The notes under the pieces are model-generated. The model ran no database searches, was not told the DNA's origin, and was given only the letters and a program-made list of their open reading frames with translations. Position numbers and translations under genes: made by a program. DNA of 64,000 nucleotides, taken from positions 288,001-352,000 of the forward strand of contig CALSNU010000003.1 of assembly GCA_943787795.1 (NCBI GenBank). The letters run 5' to 3'. This stretch comes from an uncultured bacterium. GTDB lineage: Bacteria; Planctomycetota; UBA1135; GCA-002686595. Positions 47,717 through 57,060 of this stretch are shown piece by piece; within the stretch, counting starts at the first letter, position 1; the number at the start of each line of letters is the position of its first letter.

Positions 47717-47722
47717 GGGGGG

Positions 47723-47728
47723 AGTGTA
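47723..47728 (-). promoter_or_regulatory. -10 element candidate for a leaderless SDR transcript
   Basis: TACACT 6 nt upstream of ATG 47716 on the minus strand. Confidence 0.55.
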
Positions 47729-47850
47729 GCCTCGTCCGGGCCCTCACGGGGGAGCGCGGCCCCGCAGACCTTGCGCCCCGGCCCGTGGCCGGGGCACGAT
47801 GGTTCTGGCCGCGGACCTTCCGCCGGCGCTGATCGGTCCGGATTCTCCCC

Positions 47851-49593
47851 ATGCGACACCCACTCCGGACCCTTCACTCGCTCGCACTGCTCGGCCTCGC
47901 GGGTGTGATGCTGGCGCCGGGCGGCCTCGCCGTGCAGGAGGCCCGCGAGGCCACGCTGTTCACCGGCGCGACGGTGTTTGCGGGCTTCGACGGCCGGCGG
48001 GCAGAGCCGCTGAACCGGCAGGGCACATCGTCTGCCATCCTCGTGCAAGGAGGGCGAATCGTCGGGATCGGGGGGGAGCGTGAGCTCGCCTCGCTCGATG
48101 CTGGACGGGCAGCGCGCCGGGTCGACTTGACGGGCGGCTTCATCTACCCGGGGTTCCAGGATGCTCATGGTGAGCTGGAGCGACTCGGGCGGGACCTCGA
48201 GCGGGTGGACCTCTCGGCGTGCGCAGGCCGGACGGCGTTGATCCAGGCGCTGCAGGCGCGCGCGGCGGCGCTCCCTGTGGGGCGCTGGGTGCAGGCTGGA
48301 GGGTGGCGCTCCGTGGAGGAGGGCGGCGCAACGGACAAGGACCGACGGTCGCTCGCGGCTGCGATCACGGCGGCGCTGCCAGGCCACCCTGTGATACTCC
48401 ACGAGGTGTCGGGGGACGGCATCCTGCTGAACGGCGCCGGCTGGTCGGCGTGCGGGCTCGGGGCGAACGCTTTGCAAGCGGGTGAAGAAGGGGCCGGGGC
48501 GCGCGCGGCGTCGCCGGGAGGGTGGCTGCAGGGAGCCGCCGCGGCCGCGGCTCTGACAGAGCTTCCGTCGCCGTCCTCGAGCGAGCGAGCCCGAAGGATC
48601 CTTCGCGCCCAGGAGGTGCTGCTGCGCGCGGGGGTGACCTGCGTGCATCTCATGGGGCTGGAGGCTGACGAGGCGCGGGCCCTGTCGCAGCTGCGCGCGG
48701 ACGGCCGGCTGCGGATCCGCGTTGTCGGGTTTCTTGATGCCGAGGCCGAGGCGTCGGCCGAGGAGTGGAGCGGGTGGGAGCGCGACCCCTCAGGCGCGGA
48801 CAGATTCGTGATGGTCGGTGTCGCGCTCCGCCTCGATGGGTCCCTTGCCGTGGGCGGAGCGGCGCTGGACGAGGCCTACGTCGATGCCCCGGGGCAGCGA
48901 GGGGCCCTCTCGATCGGTTTCGCCCGAGCGAGTGAGCTCGTGACCGATGCGGCGCGCCTGGGCCGCCAGCCAGCGATCCAGTGCGCGGGTGATCGCGCCG
49001 TCGGGCTCGCCCTTGATATCTACGATCGGGCTCGCGCCGACCTCCCCGGGTTCATCGGCCTGCGCCCTCGCCTTGAGGGGGTGGACCTCTGCACCGCGTC
49101 TGAGCGCTCGCGGATAGGGCCCCTCGCCATCGTGCCCTCGGCGCAGCCCGGCCGTCTCGCGCGGCAGGCGGTGTGGGCGGTCGAGCGGCTTGGGAATGAC
49201 CGCACGCTTGGTCTCCAGGCTTGGCGGAGCCTGGTGGCGGCGGCCTCTCAGCCCCTGGCCCTGGGAAGCGGTTACCCCGCGGGCGCGGCGGATCCACGCG
49301 TGACGTTCTTTGCCGGCGTGAGTCGCCGGTCCGCCGCGGCGCCGGCCGAGGCGGCGTTCACCCTCGGCCAGAGCCTGACAGCGAACCAGGTGCTCGGCGG
49401 AATGACCTCCGGTGCCGCCTTCGCGGCCACCCAGGAGGACCGCCGCGGGCTCCTCGCCAGGGGCTATGGTGGAGATCTGACGGTGCTCGACGTGGATCTG
49501 ACCCAGCTGGGGCCAGGTGACGCCAGGCGGGCACTTGGAGCCACGGTCCTCATGACCGTGGTCAACGGAGAGATTCTCCACGACGGGCGCTGA
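47851..49593 (+). CDS. Amidohydrolase_3 (YtcJ-like) family protein with degenerate metal site
   Basis: Signal peptide; DLTGGFIYPGFQDAH, DGSL, GDRAV, SAQP, G..ARG..GDLTVLD, TVVNG framework. Confidence 0.8.
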   Translation: MRHPLRTLHSLALLGLAGVMLAPGGLAVQEAREATLFTGATVFAGFDGRRAEPLNRQGTSSAILVQGGRIVGIGGERELASLDAGRAARRVDLTGGFIYPGFQDAHGELERLGRDLERVDLSACAGRTALIQALQARAAALPVGRWVQAGGWRSVEEGGATDKDRRSLAAAITAALPGHPVILHEVSGDGILLNGAGWSACGLGANALQAGEEGAGARAASPGGWLQGAAAAAALTELPSPSSSERARRILRAQEVLLRAGVTCVHLMGLEADEARALSQLRADGRLRIRVVGFLDAEAEASAEEWSGWERDPSGADRFVMVGVALRLDGSLAVGGAALDEAYVDAPGQRGALSIGFARASELVTDAARLGRQPAIQCAGDRAVGLALDIYDRARADLPGFIGLRPRLEGVDLCTASERSRIGPLAIVPSAQPGRLARQAVWAVERLGNDRTLGLQAWRSLVAAASQPLALGSGYPAGAADPRVTFFAGVSRRSAAAPAEAAFTLGQSLTANQVLGGMTSGAAFAATQEDRRGLLARGYGGDLTVLDVDLTQLGPGDARRALGATVLMTVVNGEILHDGR

Positions 49594-49605
49594 GCCGGAC
49601 CATTC

Positions 49606-50019
49606 ATGACGACCATCAAGAGCAGCTATCGCGGTGAGCTTCGGACCGAAGCAAGCCACCTCCTGTCGGGCACGAAGCTCGTCACCGACGCCCCGGTCGA
49701 CAACCAGGGCAAGGGCGAGTCCTTCTCGCCCACAGATCTCGTCGCCACCGGGCTCGCCTCGTGCATGCTCACGATCATGGGCATCGTGGCCGAGCGGCAC
49801 GGATGGGACCTCACCCGCGCCACCGCCTCGGCCACCAAGGTTATGGCGGCGGACCCTGTGCGGCGCATCGCGCGGATCGAGGTCACGATCGAGATCCCTG
49901 GCGCCTTCAGCGCCCAGGCGAGGGCTGCGCTGGAGAAGGCCGCGCTGGGCTGCCCCGTTCACGCCACCCTGGGCAGCAACGTCGAGCTCCCCGTCCAGTT
50001 CATCTGGGACGAGGCCTGA
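49606..50019 (+). CDS. OsmC family protein
   Basis: TDAPVDNQGKGESFSPTDL, ASCMLT, CPVHATL. Confidence 0.92.
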   Translation: MTTIKSSYRGELRTEASHLLSGTKLVTDAPVDNQGKGESFSPTDLVATGLASCMLTIMGIVAERHGWDLTRATASATKVMAADPVRRIARIEVTIEIPGAFSAQARAALEKAALGCPVHATLGSNVELPVQFIWDEA

Positions 50020-50244
50020 GGCCTGAGGGGGTTGGAAGGCGGTTGGGAAGTGGTGGAGAGGCGCCGGGGTGAGGTGCCGTATCCCCTTGAGGCACCTGCG
50101 CGTCCAGGGGCGGCGCCGAGACGCAGCCTGGATCACCCTGACGCCAGCCCCGTGAGAATCGGCCCCCGGTGGGTCGTCGGGGGCGCGGGCCATCGGCTAC
50201 CCTCCTCGCCCGTTTTCCGGATCCCTCACCCCATCTGAACTCCC

Positions 50245-51402
50245 ATGTCCAACCGTCCGACCATCTTCATCGCCGGCTCTGGCGGTATTGGCCGTGCCCT
50301 CGCCCTGCTCCTTCGCAACGACTCGGGGATGGCGGCTGAGGTGGTCCTCGGGGACCTGTCTCAGGACGCTGCGGATGACGCCTGCGCCTTCGCGAACGTG
50401 GATGTCCCCACGGACGCGCCGGCTGCCCGCGGCATCACGATGCCCGCGACCGGCAGCAGCGACGAGTTGGCTGGGATCCTCGACGGGGCCTCTGCTATCC
50501 TGGACTGCCTCCCCGGCGCCCAGGCGCCCCGCATGGCCCGGCTCGCGAAGGAGCACGGTTGTCACTACCTCAACCTCACCGAGTACGTGGCGGAGACCAA
50601 CGAGGTGCTCGGTATCGCCGAGGGTGCAGAGACCTGCTTCGCGCTTCAGTGCGGCCTCGCGCCGGGCTACATCAACATCCTCGGGAACGACCTCTTCCAG
50701 CGGGCCACCTCGGCGTGGGGCGTCGACACCGTGGATAAGCTGGAGATGCGAGTGGGGGCCATCACGCGCCACGCCACCGAGCCGCACTTCTACGGCTGGA
50801 CCTGGAGCCCCGTGGGGGTGGCGACGGAGTACGTGAAGGACGCCATCGCGGTGCGTGACTTCGAGACGGTGGAGCTGCCGTCTCTCACCGAGTGCAAGAC
50901 CGTCCTGCTCCACGGCTTCCCCTTCGAGGAGGCGCTGACCTCCGGCGGGGCTGCGGACCTGCCCGAGGCGCTGGCGGGCAAGGTCCGGGACCTGGACTAC
51001 AAGACGCTCCGGCATCCCGGCCACTACGAATGGGTCGACGGTGTCCTGGCCGGTATCCCCGAGGGAGACGATCGCCCGGCGCGGCTGCAGGAGGCCATGG
51101 AGGCCGCCATCCCGCACGTCGAGGATGACCTCGTGGTGGTCTACGCTTCGGTCGAGGGCCGGGACAAGGACGGCGCGCTCCGCGCCGAGCGCGCGGCGCT
51201 CTTCTGCCCCAGCATCGAGGTCGGCGGTCGGCGGCTGCGGGCGATCCAGTCCACGACGGCGGCGGGTATCGCCGAGGTGCTACGCATCGTGCTGGAGGGC
51301 GGCCACAAGGGGCCCCTGCTCCAGTCCGAGGTGCCGACGGAGACCTTCCTGAACGGGCCCTTCGTCAAGCTCGCCTACGTCGACGAGCAGTCCCGCGGCT
51401 GA
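50245..51402 (+). CDS. Saccharopine dehydrogenase / lysine 6-dehydrogenase family protein
   Basis: GSGGIG, CGLAPG, RVGA, TWSPVG, EY, TSGG, YKTLRHPGH, TTA. Confidence 0.85.
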   Translation: MSNRPTIFIAGSGGIGRALALLLRNDSGMAAEVVLGDLSQDAADDACAFANVDVPTDAPAARGITMPATGSSDELAGILDGASAILDCLPGAQAPRMARLAKEHGCHYLNLTEYVAETNEVLGIAEGAETCFALQCGLAPGYINILGNDLFQRATSAWGVDTVDKLEMRVGAITRHATEPHFYGWTWSPVGVATEYVKDAIAVRDFETVELPSLTECKTVLLHGFPFEEALTSGGAADLPEALAGKVRDLDYKTLRHPGHYEWVDGVLAGIPEGDDRPARLQEAMEAAIPHVEDDLVVVYASVEGRDKDGALRAERAALFCPSIEVGGRRLRAIQSTTAAGIAEVLRIVLEGGHKGPLLQSEVPTETFLNGPFVKLAYVDEQSRG

Positions 51403-51407
51403 GGCGG

Positions 51408-51472
51408 CCGACTGCGCCTGCCGACTGCGCCTACCGACTGCGCCTGCCGTCAGCGCCTACCGTCAGCGTCTG
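51408..51472. repeat. 13-bp tandem repeat, 5 copies
   Basis: CCGACTGCGCCTG / CCGACTGCGCCTA / CCGACTGCGCCTG / CCGTCAGCGCCTA / CCGTCAGCGTCTG. Confidence 0.9.
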
Positions 51473-51831
51473 CCGGCTTCCAGCGCGTCCATGAGGCCGA
51501 GTACGTGGCCGACCAGGCGCTCGCGGGCCGCGGGCGGGACGTACCGGTTGAGGGGCGGCATGTACTTGGCGGCCGAGAGGTGGGGCGCCTTGCGCTTGTA
51601 CGCCTGGGGATCCTCCAGGTACTCGAGCAGGGTGGCCCGGGTCCAGTACTTGCGCTTGCCCAGGTAGCTGCCGCCTCGGCCGTGGAGCGCGCGGCCCTCG
51701 GTACCGTGGCACTGGGTGCAGAGCCGCGCGTAGATCTGCTCGCCGCTGAGCTGCTCGTAGGCCGATGCGCTGTCACACCCCGAGGAGGCGAGCCCTCCCA
51801 CGAGCGCCAGCGTCAGCGCGGCGAGGGTCAT
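51463..51831 (-). CDS. Monoheme c-type cytochrome lipoprotein
   Basis: CTQCH heme motif, distal MP, signal ending SSGC; start uncertain. Confidence 0.82.
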   Translation of the reverse strand: MTLAALTLALVGGLASSGCDSASAYEQLSGEQIYARLCTQCHGTEGRALHGRGGSYLGKRKYWTRATLLEYLEDPQAYKRKAPHLSAAKYMPPLNRYVPPAARERLVGHVLGLMDALEAGRR

Positions 51832-51969
51832 GCTTGGGGTCAAAAGGGGGCGGCTCACAGGAGTAGATATAGGCCGGTCACTGGAGCCCGACAAGGCGAG
51901 CCCGCTGCGATTCATCCGTCCCCCGCGCGTCACAAGGGGTCACTCACGGTTCTCGCCGCGCCGGTTCGC

Positions 51970-53844
51970 TCATCGCTCCGTCCCCAGTCGCCCCAGCTCC
52001 GCGCGGGCGCGCTCGTCGCCTGGGTCGAGGGCGAGCGCCTGCTGCAGCGCCGCGCGGGCGGCCACGGCGTCTCCGGCGAGGCGTAGAGCTCGGCCCAGGC
52101 CGCGGTGGTATGCGGCTCGTCCCGGCGCGAGGGCTGTGGCCCGGCGGTACTCCTCCGCGGCCTCCTCGAAGGCCTCAGCGCGCAGGAGCACGTTGCCGAG
52201 GTTGGCGCGGGCCACGGGGTTTCTGGGGCCCGCTGCGACCGCCGCCCGCAGCTGCAGCTCGGCCTCCAGGAGGTCTCCCTCCGCCAGCGCGAGCGTGCCG
52301 AGGTTGGTGCGTGGTCTGCTGTAGTCAGGGTCCAGCTGGACCGCTCTCTCGAAGGCGGCGCGCGCCTCGGCGAGCTCCCCCGCCTCGCGCGCCGCGTTGC
52401 CCAGATCATTCCAGACCCGGGGGTCCTCGCTGTGGTCCGGGAGGTGCGCGCTCCAGAACGAGGCGCGCCCCTCGTAGGTGGCGGCCGCACGGGGCGCGGC
52501 GGCCGCGCACACCGCGAGGATCCCGACCTGGACCGCGATCCGAAGGCGCCGGGAGCGCAGGGGAGCGAGGGCCGTGTCTGCCAGAGCGGCGACGCCATAG
52601 CAGCCCAGGAGCAAGGGCTGATAGAGGAAGCGTGGGGCGAAGAGCTCTCCCGCTGGAACGAGCTGCACGAGCGGCGCGATGGCGATCAGTACAGCCCCCA
52701 GGCTCGCGAGGCCGGCGGCGGCTCGGGCTCGCTGGCGGCCGGTCTGGCGTACGGTCTGCCGGGCAAGGGCCATGAAGGCCACCAGGAAGACCGCGATCAG
52801 CGCCAGCGCCCGTGGCCCAGCCCCCGGGCTCAACTCCAGGTCCGCGAGGTGGGCTGAAGGGGGCCAGGCGGCCCAGGGGGTGAGGAACTCCATCAGCCCC
52901 CTCCACCACGCGGCGAGGCCGATCGGCACCCGTTCGAGCAGCGGAAGCGAGGCGAGCGGGGCCGAGGGGGAGGAGGGCAGCGGTGAACCGAGCGCCTGCT
53001 GTCGAAGGGCCGCGACCGCCGCGAGCGCGATGAGCCCGCCGGCGAGCGCTCCGAGTCCCCCGCGGCCTCCTGCGCAGCGGGCAGCCACCAGGGCGAGCAC
53101 GGGCACGAGGACGACGCCGTCCTCCTTGCCGAGGAGCGCGACGCTGCAGGCCGTGAAGGCGAGTACGGCGCCGCCGAGGCCTGGCGCGCGGGACGTCCGT
53201 GCGAGGAAGGTGGCGCCGAGGAGGCCGAGGCCTGCGCCGAGAGCGGAGACCAGTGAGGTCCGCCCGGAGACCCACGCGACCACGTCCGCGCAGGCGGGGT
53301 GCAGCGCGAGGAGACCGAGCCCGATCCACGGGATCGGGAGTCCATGGGCACGATCGAGGCGGATCAGCGCGGCGCCCAGGAGCAGGATCACGAGGGCGTG
53401 CAGGACCACGTTGGTCTCGCGGAACGCTCCCCAGTCGGGCTCGGCGCCGGAGCGGCTCGCCGGTGCCGCGCCGGACCGCTCCCCGGCGGGCGGGCCCGAG
53501 CGGGACTGATCCCAGCGGAGGAGCAGCGAGGCCAGGGGGCGGAAGTGGCCGGCATCCTCGAGGTGGTGCCAGTAGTCCCGCTCGAAGGCGGCGACGGCCG
53601 GCAGCGAGCCCTCGACCACGGGGTTACCGATCACCGCCTCCCGGTCGTCGAAGGAGGGGCCAGGAGCCTCCGGGATCGATGCGGGGCCCCAGATCACGAG
53701 GGTCACCAGGAGCAGGCACGCGAGCCCCAGCCAGCTCCGGCGGAGGGCACCCTGAGCCGGGGGAGTCGACCCCTCCGACGTCACCCCGAGCGCGCCGCCG
53801 GAGGGCGGGCCATGGGTCAGGGGGGGGGAGCTAGGTGCGGACAC
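51970..53844 (-). CDS. TMTC-like GT-C membrane glycosyltransferase with C-terminal TPR repeats
   Basis: FDD after TM1, HFRPL, HP...WVSGR, LGKE, APRFLY; TPRs VWNDLG, RTNLG, RANLG, HRGLG. Confidence 0.8.
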   Translation of the reverse strand: MSAPSSPPLTHGPPSGGALGVTSEGSTPPAQGALRRSWLGLACLLLVTLVIWGPASIPEAPGPSFDDREAVIGNPVVEGSLPAVAAFERDYWHHLEDAGHFRPLASLLLRWDQSRSGPPAGERSGAAPASRSGAEPDWGAFRETNVVLHALVILLLGAALIRLDRAHGLPIPWIGLGLLALHPACADVVAWVSGRTSLVSALGAGLGLLGATFLARTSRAPGLGGAVLAFTACSVALLGKEDGVVLVPVLALVAARCAGGRGGLGALAGGLIALAAVAALRQQALGSPLPSSPSAPLASLPLLERVPIGLAAWWRGLMEFLTPWAAWPPSAHLADLELSPGAGPRALALIAVFLVAFMALARQTVRQTGRQRARAAAGLASLGAVLIAIAPLVQLVPAGELFAPRFLYQPLLLGCYGVAALADTALAPLRSRRLRIAVQVGILAVCAAAAPRAAATYEGRASFWSAHLPDHSEDPRVWNDLGNAAREAGELAEARAAFERAVQLDPDYSRPRTNLGTLALAEGDLLEAELQLRAAVAAGPRNPVARANLGNVLLRAEAFEEAAEEYRRATALAPGRAAYHRGLGRALRLAGDAVAARAALQQALALDPGDERARAELGRLGTER

Positions 53845-53887
53845 GCGACCTGGATGGTAGCGACGGGAACGGGCGGCGCTGATTCCG

Positions 53888-53893
53888 TACCCT
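53888..53893 (+). promoter_or_regulatory. -10 element candidate for a leaderless transcript
   Basis: TACCCT 7 nt upstream of ATG 53901; divergent TACCAT at 53854-53859 (-) is 9 nt upstream of GTG 53844. Confidence 0.5.
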
Positions 53894-53900
53894 CGGACCC

Positions 53901-55739
53901 ATGGTTCGGATCCTCGCCGCTCTCCTCATCGCCTACCTGGTGGTCCGCACCCTGATGGTGCTGGCGCTGGGGGACGTGTTCTTCTACGGCGAGGAGATGG
54001 AGAAGGGAGCGGTGTCCTTGGGGCTCCTGGGGGGGACGGACGTGGCCCTGGCGCGGCTGCCTTACCACCCCTACGAGGGGGGCGGGTTCGTGGCGAGCTG
54101 GTTCAAGCTGCCCTTCTTCTGGGTCCTCGGCCCCTGCGTCCTCGCCCACAAGGCGGCTGCGATCACCTGGGGCCTGCTGATCCTCGGCGTGACTGTGGGG
54201 TTCGTCGGCCGGCATGCCGGCCGAGGAGCGGCGTGCCTCGCGGCGGCGCTGTTCACCTTCGGCCCGGCGCACTTCCAGCGCGAGTCGCTGCTCCATCTGG
54301 GAATCCACTTCGAGAGCCTCCTCTGGATGGCGCTCATCTTCGACCTCGGGCTGCGGCTGGCCGCGGTCCCGCCGGGGCGCGCCGCCCCCAGGGGCGTCCT
54401 CGTCGGGCTTGGACTCGCCTCGGGGTTCGGCACCTACTTCAGCTACCAGGTGCCCTTCGCTGTCCTTGCGGTGATTGGCCTGCTGGCGTGGACCGATTGG
54501 CGCCGGATCTTCTCGCCCGCGCTCGTCCTCTCGACGCTCGCGGGCCTGCTGCCGCTCGCCTGGATGGCCCTCTCGGTGGGGGCCGAGGTCGTGGACATTC
54601 ACGGCGCACCGGTCGGCGAGGAGGGCGGAGCCGCCCGGCTCATCGGCGCCCTCGGGGTGGGCCTGAGCTCCACCCTGTCGAGGGGCGGCGCGGCGCTGGG
54701 GATTCTCGCCGCCGTCGCGGGGCTGATCGCGGTACCGCCGGGGCGCGACCGGGCCCGGGCGCTCGGCCTGCTCTTCGGGTTCGCGCTGCTCTGGATGCTC
54801 GTGGCCACCCTGACCGGCATGGTCCCCGGAATGACGGCCGAGGGGCACTGGTATCGATTCGTCCGCTTCGCGCCGCTGGTGTACACCGGCCTGCTCCTGG
54901 TGGCGATGTCGGCGGGGCCCGCGCTGCGCCTGGGGCTCGGGGACGGGACCGGGCACCTGCTGGCGCGCCTCGCTGCGGCCGGCCTCCTTGGCCTCGGCCT
55001 GGTGCACTCCGCGCGGATCATCGCGGCCGGGGACCTGGGGAGCGCCAGCCAGAACGTCACGGCGCTGCTCGGGACGAGCGGAGTCGAGCTGCGCGGCGCC
55101 TTCGTGAAGCTGGTCCCGCGGCTCGAGGATCCCGATGAGCCGGACCCCGCGCTGCGGGCGGCCCGCGCGGCAGCTCAGCTCGCTGGACTCCAGGACCCTC
55201 GCGCGGACCTGCTGTCCTCGGAGCTGGCCGCCGCAGCGGCGCAGCAGGCCGTGGGTGCCTCGTCAGGGGCGCTCCTCGAGGCCCTCGTCAGCGAGTTTCC
55301 CGAAGGGCATTCGCGAGAGGCGCTCGAGCTTGGCCTCGGGCCAGCGATCCTCCGTGAGCACGGAGGAGATCCCCGCCGCGCCCTGGAGAGCGAGGGGATG
55401 TCGCCGGTCTCGGCGGAGGCGCTCGGCCGGTTTGGGACGGGCCAGTGGGTCAGTTATCCGAGCTTCGTCTCGGTCGAGGTGGAGCAGGTGGCCGGCGCGC
55501 CGCACGAGGCCGCGTTCCTCCGGGGCCTTGGTCGGCGGATCCACCGCTGCTCCGTGCTTCAGCCCTATTGGGGGACCCTGCTGCAGGTCCCTCTGGTGCT
55601 CCGCCCGGCCACGGCGCGGCTTCGATTGGCGGAGGTCCTCGACAGCACGAGCGCCTCCGAGCTCGCCCGAGCGGCGGTCCTGGAAGGGTTCGACCGGGCC
55701 GAGGGAGACTTCCGCGTCCCGGCGACTACACTGCGCTGA
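53901..55739 (+). CDS. Polytopic membrane protein, probable GT-C (ArnT/PMT-like) glycosyltransferase
   Basis: Acidic GEE after TM1, YHPYEGG loop, about 10-11 TM segments, soluble C-terminal domain. Confidence 0.55.
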   Translation: MVRILAALLIAYLVVRTLMVLALGDVFFYGEEMEKGAVSLGLLGGTDVALARLPYHPYEGGGFVASWFKLPFFWVLGPCVLAHKAAAITWGLLILGVTVGFVGRHAGRGAACLAAALFTFGPAHFQRESLLHLGIHFESLLWMALIFDLGLRLAAVPPGRAAPRGVLVGLGLASGFGTYFSYQVPFAVLAVIGLLAWTDWRRIFSPALVLSTLAGLLPLAWMALSVGAEVVDIHGAPVGEEGGAARLIGALGVGLSSTLSRGGAALGILAAVAGLIAVPPGRDRARALGLLFGFALLWMLVATLTGMVPGMTAEGHWYRFVRFAPLVYTGLLLVAMSAGPALRLGLGDGTGHLLARLAAAGLLGLGLVHSARIIAAGDLGSASQNVTALLGTSGVELRGAFVKLVPRLEDPDEPDPALRAARAAAQLAGLQDPRADLLSSELAAAAAQQAVGASSGALLEALVSEFPEGHSREALELGLGPAILREHGGDPRRALESEGMSPVSAEALGRFGTGQWVSYPSFVSVEVEQVAGAPHEAAFLRGLGRRIHRCSVLQPYWGTLLQVPLVLRPATARLRLAEVLDSTSASELARAAVLEGFDRAEGDFRVPATTLR

Positions 55740-56083
55740 TGAGCGCGAAGCGTGGCACCAAAGGACCGGACAAGGCTCCGGCTTCGTTCGACGAGAGCCT
55801 TGAGCGCCTCGAGGAGGTGGTCGGGCAACTCGAGGAGGGCGGCCTGGGACTCGAGGAGTCTCTCGATCGTTACAAGGAGGGGGTCGGGCTCCTGAAGGGC
55901 TGCCGGGAGCGCCTCGCGTCGTTCCGGGCCCAGGTCGAGGAGCTCACGGCCGAGGGGATCATCGATCACGATGGGGACCCTGACGCTGGAGATCCAGCAG
56001 ATGGCGAGACGACGGCCGACGAGGCGGGCGACTCCGGCCCTCCCGGCGCGGGGAGCCTCAGCGGTCTTGACACTCCCTTCTGA
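55739..56083 (+). CDS. xseB: Exodeoxyribonuclease VII small subunit
   Basis: SFDESLERLEEVVGQLEEGGLGLEESLDRYKEG; precedes ispA-dxs; TACACT 6 nt upstream. Confidence 0.92.
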   Translation: MSAKRGTKGPDKAPASFDESLERLEEVVGQLEEGGLGLEESLDRYKEGVGLLKGCRERLASFRAQVEELTAEGIIDHDGDPDAGDPADGETTADEAGDSGPPGAGSLSGLDTPF

Positions 56084-56096
56084 CCCCGGCGCTGCC

Positions 56097-56990
56097 TTGG
56101 ATTCGAGCACGAACGGCGGTGACCTCGAGGTCGGCGGCCGCTGGCTGGAGGACTCCCGTCGATGGTTCGAGGGGGCGCTGGAACGCTTCCTCCCGCACAC
56201 GGATCTCGGGCCGCCCGCGCTCGCGGAGGCCGTCAAGTACGCCTTGCTGGGCGGCGGCAAGCGCGTCCGCCCTGCGATCGTGCGCCTGCTGGGCGGCGCC
56301 GGGGCCGACCCTGCGGCCCTCGAGGCTGCGGCGGTCGCGGTGGAGTGCATTCACACCTACAGCCTCGTGCACGATGACCTTCCGTGCATGGACGACGACG
56401 ACCTTCGCAGGGGCCGCCCGACGGTCCACAAGGCCTACTCCGAGGCGACCGCAGTGCTTGTGGGGGACGCACTCCAGGCCCTCGCCTTCGAGGCCTGCGG
56501 TGGCGCTTCACGTGGCGCCGCGGCGATGACCGTGGCCCTGGCGCGGGCGGGCGGCGGCGCGGGGATGGTCGGCGGGCAGATCCTGGACCTTGAGGGGGAG
56601 GGGCAGGACCTCGACCTCGCCAGCGTTCAGGAGGTCCACCGGACCAAGACTGCCGCGCTCCTTGGCGCCAGCGCCGAGCTGGGAGCCTTGGCGGGCGGAG
56701 CCGAGGGGGCACGGGTCGCCGAGGCGCGTCAGTTCGGGCTCGCCCTGGGAATGTGCTTCCAGGCCATGGACGATGTGCTGGACGTCACCGGGGACGCCGC
56801 GACCCTTGGGAAGACTCCCGGGAAGGACGTTGGGGCCCACAAGGGCACCCTGGTGGCCGCTGTGGGCCTGGATGCGGCGAGACTCGAGGCGGCTCAGCGT
56901 GCGTCTGAAGCCCGGAGTCACGCGAATACCCTCGGCCTTGGCCCGGTGGGGCTGGGTCTCATCGAGCTCCTGCTTCGCCGGAAGTCGTGA
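56097..56990 (+). CDS. ispA: Polyprenyl (farnesyl) diphosphate synthase (start uncertain)
   Basis: GGKRVRP, SLVHDDLPCMDDDDLRRG, GQILD, KT, FQAMDDVLD. Confidence 0.93.
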   Translation: MDSSTNGGDLEVGGRWLEDSRRWFEGALERFLPHTDLGPPALAEAVKYALLGGGKRVRPAIVRLLGGAGADPAALEAAAVAVECIHTYSLVHDDLPCMDDDDLRRGRPTVHKAYSEATAVLVGDALQALAFEACGGASRGAAAMTVALARAGGGAGMVGGQILDLEGEGQDLDLASVQEVHRTKTAALLGASAELGALAGGAEGARVAEARQFGLALGMCFQAMDDVLDVTGDAATLGKTPGKDVGAHKGTLVAAVGLDAARLEAAQRASEARSHANTLGLGPVGLGLIELLLRRKS

Positions 56991-57060
56991 TGGCCCCTGC
57001 TTTCGCGGCCCCGCGAGTCCTAGGCTAGAGCACCGAGACCCCGTTGACGCGAGATCGGAC

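Noticed and set aside
50050..50205. Lysine-riboswitch-like elements (AGAGGCGC...GCCGAG...GCTAC, several stems) upstream of the lysine/saccharopine dehydrogenase
   Set aside because: The loop-E AGUA and CUGUC motifs are missing, stems are expected by chance at high GC, and GCTACCCT fits the local -10 pattern better; an Infernal search with the lysine riboswitch model would settle it
56590..57060. N-terminal extensions of called ORFs (dxs from 56590, rpe from 36593, purN from 27817, lolD from 62406, NUDIX from 2063, xseB from 55445)
   Set aside because: The extensions overlap neighbouring real genes in another frame; homology motifs begin at the downstream starts used here
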